This document shows positions 9,084 to 15,826 of a DNA stretch of 20,000 nt, in pieces. The translations under genes were made by a program, and so were the position numbers. The DNA comes from a bacterium (GTDB taxonomy: Bacteria; JADJOY01), in NCBI GenBank assembly GCA_046331705.1, contig JAXLQJ010000002.1, positions 58,370 through 78,369 on the forward strand, in the 5' to 3' direction. Each line of letters opens with the position of its first letter. Position 1 is the first letter of the stretch. The notes below the pieces were generated by a model. That model was not told the origin of the DNA. It saw nothing but the letters and a program-made list of their open reading frames with translations, and made no database searches.

Positions 9084-9527
9084 TCAGAGGCTCACGCTCA
9101 GCGCCACGACGGCCACCGTCGCGAGCGCCGAGACCTTGCCCATGCGATCGAGCTGGCGCTCGCAGGCGCGGCGCGCCTCGAGCTCGCTGCCGCCGCTCGC
9201 CGTGGCGTAGGCGGCGATGGTGCGGGTGGCCCGCAGCTCGAGCACCGCCGCCAGCGCGAGCCACGCGACGCACACGAGCTTGAGCCCCATCACCCAGCCG
9301 TGGGGCTGATGCTGAAGGTGGCTCAGCGCCGCGCCGCTCACGACCGCGACCACCATGCCGGGTGCCTCGAGAAGACGGGTGGGCTCGAAGGCGGCCAGCC
9401 GCAGCGCGCCGGCACGGTCCGGATCCACGCTCTTTCGCGCCTGCGCGAGCAAGACCGCCTGCCCCAGGGCACCGCCGATGGCGGCGAACACGGCGAGCAG
9501 ATGGACGACCAACGCGACCTCGATCAT
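9084..9527 (-). CDS. Small integral membrane protein (about 4 TM, DUF2269/CopD-like pattern)
   Basis: Start reassigned to the ATG at 9527 (GGGGGA upstream), giving 147 aa: MIEVALVVHLLAVFAAIGG...PGMVVAVVSGAAL...GWVMGLKLVCV. The H...GG, G...G and W...KL motifs are typical of such 4-TM families. The longer ORF-track extension to 9842 overlaps tetR. Confidence 0.7.
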   Translation of the reverse strand: MIEVALVVHLLAVFAAIGGALGQAVLLAQARKSVDPDRAGALRLAAFEPTRLLEAPGMVVAVVSGAALSHLQHQPHGWVMGLKLVCVAWLALAAVLELRATRTIAAYATASGGSELEARRACERQLDRMGKVSALATVAVVALSVSL

Positions 9528-9628
9528 GGATCCCCCGCACGCCGCGACCGCTGCCGCGGTCTCCGCCGCGGGCGAAGCTCGAGCACGAGCGTTCGACGGC
9601 CGATCGTCCGCCGCGCGCCGCGGCGATT

Positions 9629-9655
9629 CCGTGCCGCAAGTCACTTGCGGCGCGG
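9629..9655. other. Inverted repeat centred on the tetR stop codon
   Basis: CCGTGCCGCAAGT-C-ACTTGCGGCGCGG: a 9-bp perfect core, 12 of 13 positions complementary, with the stop codon (TCA 9641-9643) at the centre. Confidence 0.5.
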
Positions 9656-10336
9656 CGCCACCGTGAAGGCCTCCAGCAAGGCGCTCACTCCGCGGGTCGT
9701 GTAGCGCACGGCCTCCTCGCGGGTGAGCGCGCGGCGGCACCATTGCTCGAGGACCGCGCGTCCCGCGGCGACCAGCATGCGCGCCACCGTCGCGACCTCG
9801 AGCGGGGTCGCGCCCGTCGCGGCGCCGATCGCGGTGAGCCACGGCGACACCAGGCGATCGAGCAGCCTGCGCCCCTGCAGCGCGAGCTCGGGATCGGGAG
9901 CGTGCCCCCCGAGCAGCTCCCAGGGGCCCGCGCCGTTGGCCTCGATGGCATCGCAGACCGCCTCGACGAAGACACGCGTCGCGTCCTCGAGGGTCGCCGC
10001 GGAAGTCGCGGCCACGCCCACGGCGAAGCGTGCCTCGACGTCGCGCACGAAATCCTCGAGCACCGCCACGAGCAGCGCGCGGCGCGATGCGAAGAGCCTG
10101 TAGACCAGCTGCCGCGTGACGCCGGCGCGGACCGCCAGCTCGGCGAACTGGACCGCGTCCACGCCACGTCGCGTGATCAGCTCGGCGGCGAGCCGCACGA
10201 GCTGCGCGCGCCGCTCCTCGGGGGCGAGGCGCCGGCGCGCCGGCGCGGAGCGCGCCGCGGCCGCGGCCGAAGCCGAGGCGGCCGAGCGGCGGGGACGCGC
10301 GCGCGAATGTGATCGAGATCGCAGAGGTGGAGCCAT
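9641..10336 (-). CDS. TetR/AcrR family transcriptional regulator
   Basis: HTH signature RRLAPEERRAQLVRLAAELITRRGVDAVQFAELAVRAGVTRQLVYRLFASRRALL. Transcribed divergently from the oxidoreductase pair. Confidence 0.93.
   Translation of the reverse strand: MAPPLRSRSHSRARPRRSAASASAAAAARSAPARRRLAPEERRAQLVRLAAELITRRGVDAVQFAELAVRAGVTRQLVYRLFASRRALLVAVLEDFVRDVEARFAVGVAATSAATLEDATRVFVEAVCDAIEANGAGPWELLGGHAPDPELALQGRRLLDRLVSPWLTAIGAATGATPLEVATVARMLVAAGRAVLEQWCRRALTREEAVRYTTRGVSALLEAFTVAPRRK
10308..10323. promoter_or_regulatory. CRP/FNR-family-like binding site
   Basis: TGTGATCGAGATCGCA matches the CRP consensus core TGTGATCTAGATCACA at 14 of 16 positions and is preceded by AA. It lies in the first codons of tetR. 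Confidence 0.5.
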
Positions 10337-10344
10337 GACTCGAT

Positions 10345-10350
10345 CACAAT
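10345..10350 (+). promoter_or_regulatory. Putative -10 element (CACAAT) for the 10402 oxidoreductase operon
   Basis: 4 of 6 match to TATAAT in the only AT-rich patch of the region. It implies a TSS near 10357, which places the CRP-like box centre at -41.5. Confidence 0.35.
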
Positions 10351-10367
10351 TTTACACCTGTCAACTT
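10348..10367. promoter_or_regulatory. Putative TetR operator (imperfect 20-bp palindrome)
   Basis: AATTTTACA-CC-TGTCAACTT: 7 of 9 arm positions are complementary. It is AT-rich, sits in the 65-bp divergent intergenic gap, and contains TTGACA on the minus strand. Confidence 0.6.
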
Positions 10368-10401
10368 ACGACGGGGATCGCGGCGCTTCGAGGAGACGGC
10401 G

Positions 10402-12144
10402 ATGCGGGACTTCGACGTGGTCGTGATCGGCGGTGGCATCAACGGCTTGACGGTGGCCGCGTACCTCGCCCGCGCGGGCCAGAAGGTCGCGGTCTTCGAG
10501 GCGCGCGGCCAGTGCGGAGCGCACTGCGACACCGTCGAGCTGGGCATTCCCGGCTTCCTGCACAACACCCACGCCGCGTGGCTGGTCCCCGCGCTGAGCC
10601 CCGCCATGGGCGACCTCGAGCTCGCGCGCCACGGCCTCGAGCTGCTCGGCACGGACGTGCTCTTCGCCAAGACCTTCGGCGACGGCACCAACGTGGTGCA
10701 AGCGCTCGACCCGGCGCTCACGGAGGCGAGCATCTCGCGCGCCTCGCCCCGCGATGGCGCGGTGCAACGCGCCATCGCCGCGTTCATGACGGACCAGGCG
10801 GGCGAGGTGCTCGAGCTGAATCAGGAGCTTCTCTACTCGCTGCCGAGCGCGGCCACCCTCGACCGGCTCGCTGCGTTCGACGACGCGTTGCTCGGTCGTC
10901 TCGCGGTGCCGCTCTCGGGCGAGGACGCGCTGCGCATGAACGGCTTCGAGGTCCTCGAGGTGCTCTTCGAATCGGACTCGGTGCGAACGCTGCCCGCGGC
11001 GCTCGGGGAGTTCACGGGCCAGTGGCCACTCCATCGCCGAGTCGGATCGTTGGTGCTGAGCCTCGCCGGGCTCTCGCCGATGCCGGTGCACACGGCGCGG
11101 GGCGGATCACACGCCCTCACCCACGCGCTGGTGCGCAGCCTGATCGCCCACGGCGGCGAGATCTTCACCACCTGCCCGGTCGAGCGAATCGTGGTGCGCG
11201 ACGGACGGGCGTGCGGCATCCGGCTGTCGGCGGACGCGCTGCTTCCCAACGAGACGATCGGGGCTCGGGTGGTCGTCTCCAACCTCACGCTGGTGCCGAC
11301 CTTCCTCTGGCTGCTCGGCGAGGACGTCATCGGGAGCGAGCGGGCGCGGCTCGTGAAGGGATTCGATTACGACGATCCGCAGCTCCTCGGCGTCCACTTC
11401 GCGCTTTCGGGGGACCCCGAATTCGCCTCCGCCCACCACGATCCCGCGATCCAGCGCTCGTGGGTCGGCTACCTCGGCGGCGAGACGCTCGACGAGATGC
11501 GCTCCGGGCTGACGCGCTTGCTCTCCGGCGTGATCCCCGACGACGTCATGGGCGGCTGGTTCATCCCCACCCGCGCCGATCCCTCCCAAGCTCCGCCCGG
11601 CTGCCACACGCTCTTCGCGTGGATGAGCGTGCCTCCCTGCCCGCGCCGCTGGCGCGGCCAGCGGCTCGCGGGCTGGGACGCGTGGCGCGCGCTCGCCGAG
11701 CCGCTCGCCGACGCGCTCACCGAGCGGCTCGAGGCCCTGGCACCCGGTTTCCGCCGCTCGATCCTGGAGCGGCACGTGAACACGCCGCTCGACCAGCAGA
11801 ACGCCAATCCCTCGGCGATCCGCGGCAACATGATCGGCGGCAGCGCCGTCCCCGAGCAGTACGGGCGGAATCGACCGTTGCCGGGAATCGTCGCGGGCGG
11901 CGCATCGCGCAGCTTCCTGCCCGGCCTCTACCTCTCGAACTCGATCCATCCCTACGGCGCGACCCACCTCGCCACGGGCTGCATCGCCGCCGGCGAGGTC
12001 GCCGAGGATCTGGGCTGCCGCGATCGGGATTGGTGGTGCAACCCGCCGTTCCTGTGGTTCCTCCAGAATGTCGGCGACATCCCGCTCAACCGTGGCGTGG
12101 CGAAGCGATGGCACCCGGGATCGGGCACGGAGGTGAGCCGATGA
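10402..12144 (+). CDS. Phytoene desaturase family (COG1233) FAD-dependent oxidoreductase, paralog A1
   Basis: DVVVIGGGINGLTVAAYLARAGQKVAVFEAR dinucleotide-binding motif; PGFLHNTHA; GGSHALTHALV; DPSQAPPGCHT; LAPGFRRSILERHVNTPLD. GAGGAG RBS upstream. Confidence 0.92.
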   Translation: MRDFDVVVIGGGINGLTVAAYLARAGQKVAVFEARGQCGAHCDTVELGIPGFLHNTHAAWLVPALSPAMGDLELARHGLELLGTDVLFAKTFGDGTNVVQALDPALTEASISRASPRDGAVQRAIAAFMTDQAGEVLELNQELLYSLPSAATLDRLAAFDDALLGRLAVPLSGEDALRMNGFEVLEVLFESDSVRTLPAALGEFTGQWPLHRRVGSLVLSLAGLSPMPVHTARGGSHALTHALVRSLIAHGGEIFTTCPVERIVVRDGRACGIRLSADALLPNETIGARVVVSNLTLVPTFLWLLGEDVIGSERARLVKGFDYDDPQLLGVHFALSGDPEFASAHHDPAIQRSWVGYLGGETLDEMRSGLTRLLSGVIPDDVMGGWFIPTRADPSQAPPGCHTLFAWMSVPPCPRRWRGQRLAGWDAWRALAEPLADALTERLEALAPGFRRSILERHVNTPLDQQNANPSAIRGNMIGGSAVPEQYGRNRPLPGIVAGGASRSFLPGLYLSNSIHPYGATHLATGCIAAGEVAEDLGCRDRDWWCNPPFLWFLQNVGDIPLNRGVAKRWHPGSGTEVSR

Positions 12145-13718
12145 ACGCTTCCCCGTCGTACGACGCGATCGTGCTGGGTGGTGGACCCAACGGCTTGATG
12201 TGCGCCGCGTACCTCGCCCGCGCCGGCCACCGCGTGGCACTCCTCGAGCGGCGTCACGAGACCGGTGGCGGGCTCAACACCGAGGAGTACTTCGGCTTCC
12301 GCTTCAACTTGCACGCCGTCTACCACCTGATGGGCGAGCGCATGCCCGCGCACGGCGATCTCGGGCTCGCGGCGCTCGGCGTGCGCTACCTCTACCCGCC
12401 GGCAGTCGCGTCGTTCGCGCTCCGCGACGGCAAGGCGCTCGTCTTCACCCGCGATCCACGCGAGACCGCGCGGGCCATCGAGGCGCTCTGCGCCGCCGAC
12501 GCGTCCCGCTACCTGCGCATGTGGGACGAGTTCCAGCCGATGCTCGACGAGTACCTGGTGCCGATGACCTACGAGCTGCCGCGGCCGGGCCTCGACCAGG
12601 TCGTGGCGCTGGGGCGAACCCCCGTCGGACAGCGGCTCGCCGAGCTCTCGGAGCTCACGTTCATCCAGGTGCTCGACCACTTCGGCTTCGCCGATCCGCG
12701 GGTGCGCATGGCGCTGCTCGCGTTCCCGGCGATGTGGGGGCTCGCCCTCGACGAGCCGCTCGGGTTCCTCTTCCCCCTCTACCTCTGCCGCATGCTCGCG
12801 GCGGGGCTCGTGAAGGGTGGTTCGCATCGGCTCTCGTCGGCGATCTACCGCTCGTTCGTGAGCGCGGGCGGGACGGTGCTCGACGCGTGCGAGGCGACGC
12901 GCATCGTGGTCGAAGGTGGCACCGTCGCCGCCGTCGACTCCGCCGATGGCCGTCGGCTCGCGACGCGGACCGTCGTGTCCACGCTCGATCCGACGCAGAC
13001 CTTCGCGGAGCTGTTGCGCGGCGTCGCGCTGCCCGAGGATCTGCGGTCCTCGGTGGATGGCTGGCAATGGGAGGAGCGCTCGCTCTTCGGGCTGCACCTC
13101 GGCGTGCGCGGCGAGGTGCGCTTCCACTGCGCCGCCGCGGACCCACGGGTGGCGGAGTCGATGATCGTGTTCCTGGGGATCGACACCGACGACGAGCTGA
13201 TCGCGCACCTGCGCCACGTCGACGCCGGCCATCCCGACGGCTGCGAGTGGATGCACGTGACCGTTCCGAGTCGCTTCGACGCGACGATGGCGCCGCCCGG
13301 GCACGCGGTGCTGCGCGGCGAGTCGGTGGTCGCCTACGATCCGGCGTGGCCGGAACGCGCGCACGCGTTCGGCGACTCGGCGCTGGCGCTGCTCGCGCGT
13401 CACGCCGAGCTGGGCGAGATCGTGCTCAGGCGCCACCACACTCCCGTCGACATCGAGCGCAAGCTCACGACCATGAAGCGCGGCTCGATCAAGCACGGTG
13501 CCCTGAAACCGCTTCAGATGGGCTACTACCGTCCCAACGATCTGTGCTCGCGCAGCGCCACACCCGTCCCGGGGCTCTTCCTGGGCGGCGCCTCGATGTA
13601 CCCGGGAGGCATGATCCTGGGCGGCCCCGGCTATCTCGCCGCCCAGGTCGTCGGCGAGCACCTCGCGAACGCGAGCGGCGGCGCCCGGTCCGGATCGACG
13701 GCACCGGCCGATCCGTAG
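12141..13718 (+). CDS. Phytoene desaturase family (COG1233) FAD-dependent oxidoreductase, paralog A2
   Basis: True start is the ATG at 12141 (ATGA overlap with the upstream stop, GGAGGT RBS), giving 525 aa. YDAIVLGGGPNGLMCAAYLARAGHRVALLERRHETGGG; KGGSHRLSSAI; FDATMAPPGH; TPVPGLFLGGASMYPGGMILGGPGYLAA. Confidence 0.92.
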   Translation: MNASPSYDAIVLGGGPNGLMCAAYLARAGHRVALLERRHETGGGLNTEEYFGFRFNLHAVYHLMGERMPAHGDLGLAALGVRYLYPPAVASFALRDGKALVFTRDPRETARAIEALCAADASRYLRMWDEFQPMLDEYLVPMTYELPRPGLDQVVALGRTPVGQRLAELSELTFIQVLDHFGFADPRVRMALLAFPAMWGLALDEPLGFLFPLYLCRMLAAGLVKGGSHRLSSAIYRSFVSAGGTVLDACEATRIVVEGGTVAAVDSADGRRLATRTVVSTLDPTQTFAELLRGVALPEDLRSSVDGWQWEERSLFGLHLGVRGEVRFHCAAADPRVAESMIVFLGIDTDDELIAHLRHVDAGHPDGCEWMHVTVPSRFDATMAPPGHAVLRGESVVAYDPAWPERAHAFGDSALALLARHAELGEIVLRRHHTPVDIERKLTTMKRGSIKHGALKPLQMGYYRPNDLCSRSATPVPGLFLGGASMYPGGMILGGPGYLAAQVVGEHLANASGGARSGSTAPADP

Positions 13719-13762
13719 CGCGGCGGGGCGGCACGCACCCGGCGGCGCTGCCGGCTGCCGCG
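13719..13762. terminator. Imperfect GC-rich hairpin between convergent genes
   Basis: CGCGGCGG...CGGCA pairs with TGCCG...CTGCCGCG in the 51-bp gap between the stops at 13718 (+) and 13770 (-). No U-tract. Confidence 0.3.
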
Positions 13763-13769
13763 AGCGCGA

Positions 13770-15518
13770 TCAGGGCTTGGTGGGTGCCAAGGCCCGCGAG
13801 GTTCCAGCAGGCGCGGGATCGGCGGGGTCGGCAAGCGCCACCGCCCGCTCGCTCGGCTCGCGCGATGCGTCGGGCGCGACGCCCGCGGCGTCGGTCGCCG
13901 GCGTGGGTCCGGCCGGCGGGATGGGCGGCTGGCGCAGCCACTCGCCGAGCCGCGAGAGCTCGGGCATGCCGAGCAGCCGCGCCAGGACCAGGTAACACGC
14001 CATGCCGAGCGCCCCCAACACGGACGTCTCGATCAGGTGGGCGACGCTGAGCGAGGTGAGATCGAAGCCGGCGAGGGAGCCGTGCGCGGCGAGCCAGCGG
14101 GCGACCCATCGCTCGCACGGAACGATCGCCAGTGCCATGAGCGCGGCGGCGAACGCGGGTCGCACGCTCGCACGCGCCAGCGCCACCATGCCCAGTCGCC
14201 CCAGCCGCCGCCGCAGGACGAGCAGCAAGAGCGGCAGCGACACCCACGCGTTGATGCTGAACGCGAGCGCGATCCCGCCCACGTCCCACCAGCGCGCCAG
14301 CGCGTAGCCCACGGCGGTCATCGGCGCGAGCAGCGTCACCACCATGAACGCGACGCGACGTGCCTCGCCGAGCGACATCGCCAGATAGGTGGGCACCTGA
14401 TTCAGCACGATCGCCGCGATCCACGGCGCGAAGCCGAGCACCACCTGCGAGGTCAGCCGGGCGCTCTCGGCGGTGAATCGCCCGCGCAGGAAGAGCGCGC
14501 CCACCATCGGCTCGCGCAGCACGATCACCAGCGCCGTGATCGGCATCAGCACCACGCTCGCGATCCGCACGAAGGTGACCACCAGCTCGCGCAAGCGGGC
14601 GGTGTCGCCGGCGGCGGCGAGCGCGGCCATGCGCGGATAGAGCGGCGACACCAGCGAGCCCTGCACCAGCGTGGGCAGCACGATCAGCACCGACGTGCCG
14701 TACCGGAACGCCGCGACTCGTCCCGGCCCCAGGCGCGAGGCGAGCAACGAGGCCACGACGAAGCCCGCCACCACCGCCAGCGAGAAGATCGCCGTCGGCG
14801 TCACCTGCCGCAGCACCTCGCGCAACGCCTCGGATCGCCACTCGATCCGCAGTCGCAGGTGACGGTGGTAGGGCGCGAGCAGCGGCAGCACCATCAACGC
14901 CTGTGCCGCGTATCCGCTGACCAGACCCCACGCGGCGCCATCGACTCCCAGCGTCGGCGCGAGCACCACCACCCCCACGATCAAGCCGGCGCTGGGGAGC
15001 AGCGTCGCCAGCGCCGCGGTGGTGAAGCGCTGGTAGGAGTAGAGCAACGCCTCGGCGAGCGCGAACGCCGGGAAGAGCACCATCACCGGCGTCACGATGC
15101 GCGTGATCCGCACGAAACGTCCGACGGCGTGCGCATCGAGCCCCGGCAACCAGCGCGCGCCGAGCGGCGCGGCGAGCGCGTAACCGGCGGCGAGCAGCAG
15201 GAGCGATCCGAGCGCCAGGTTCGCGAAGCTGGTCGCCAGACGCCACGCGCTCGCCTGTCCCTCGCCGCTGCGGGTCGCGACGAATTTCGGGACCAGCGAG
15301 AGGTGCAGCACCGAGCGCGCGTGAAAGCCGAGCATCACGGGAAGCAGCTGGCCGAGGAACAGCACGTCGGTGTCGACGCCGGCCCCGAAATGCGCGGCGA
15401 CCACCGCCAGCGACACGAAGCGCAACGCCAGCGAAACGACCCCGATGACGGCGAGGGCCACCGACGCCGTGCGCATCCGCTGGGCGCGGCCGAGGGGTGC
15501 GAGGTCGTCGGAGCTCAT
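13770..15518 (-). CDS. MurJ/MviN-family (MOP superfamily) lipid flippase-like membrane protein, divergent paralog
   Basis: Start assigned to the ATG at 15518 (AGGA upstream), giving 582 aa with about 14 hydrophobic segments. MviN-like motifs AAHFGAGVDTD, LVPKF, LAAPLGARWLPG, QRFTTAAL, LYPRMA, REPMVGALFLRGRFTAE and GGIALAFSI. Pro/Ala-rich C-terminal tail. Confidence 0.85.
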   Translation of the reverse strand: MSSDDLAPLGRAQRMRTASVALAVIGVVSLALRFVSLAVVAAHFGAGVDTDVLFLGQLLPVMLGFHARSVLHLSLVPKFVATRSGEGQASAWRLATSFANLALGSLLLLAAGYALAAPLGARWLPGLDAHAVGRFVRITRIVTPVMVLFPAFALAEALLYSYQRFTTAALATLLPSAGLIVGVVVLAPTLGVDGAAWGLVSGYAAQALMVLPLLAPYHRHLRLRIEWRSEALREVLRQVTPTAIFSLAVVAGFVVASLLASRLGPGRVAAFRYGTSVLIVLPTLVQGSLVSPLYPRMAALAAAGDTARLRELVVTFVRIASVVLMPITALVIVLREPMVGALFLRGRFTAESARLTSQVVLGFAPWIAAIVLNQVPTYLAMSLGEARRVAFMVVTLLAPMTAVGYALARWWDVGGIALAFSINAWVSLPLLLLVLRRRLGRLGMVALARASVRPAFAAALMALAIVPCERWVARWLAAHGSLAGFDLTSLSVAHLIETSVLGALGMACYLVLARLLGMPELSRLGEWLRQPPIPPAGPTPATDAAGVAPDASREPSERAVALADPADPAPAGTSRALAPTKP

Positions 15519-15826
15519 CGGAATCCTGGCGATCGACTCGGACGGACGCCCCGGCCGAATCGTTCCGGAGCGGCGCACGCGAGCGCGCAGTCGCCGGTCG
15601 CGAGCGATGCAAGTACCAGCATGGCTCCGCCGCCACGCACCGCACCAGATCGGCGCGGCTTTGTCGCGAAAAGATGACGAACCAGGCCCGCGAAGGCACG
15701 AAACAGCCCCGAATTCGTGATGTCCGTCACGCTTCCGGCACTCGTCGGCGTGTACGTTCGGCGCCACTCGACGCGGCTCCACACCCCTGCCGAGCCGAGC
15801 GACGCCGACGCGAGCAGGAGAGCGCC

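Noticed and set aside
10359-10364. Minus-strand TTGACA as the -35 of tetR
   Set aside because: No credible -10 lies 16-18 bp downstream (GAGTCA/AGTCAT abuts the start codon). It is better explained as an operator half-site.
10116-13718. 1200-aa ORF suggesting a fused or frameshifted double oxidoreductase
   Set aside because: The first 675 codons are an Arg/Gly/Pro-rich off-frame shadow of A1. A2 has its own RBS and ATG at 12141, and both genes are full-length with their own Rossmann motifs.
15690-15712. Sigma-54 promoter at AGGCACGAAACAGC
   Set aside because: The GG-to-GC spacing is 9 nt rather than the required 10, and the TTGC element is missing.
15497-15826. Extended N-termini of the flippase (to 15782) and B1 (from 15497) in the ORF track
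   Set aside because: The extensions overlap each other head-to-head and are low-complexity. RBS-supported starts exist at 15518 and 15827.
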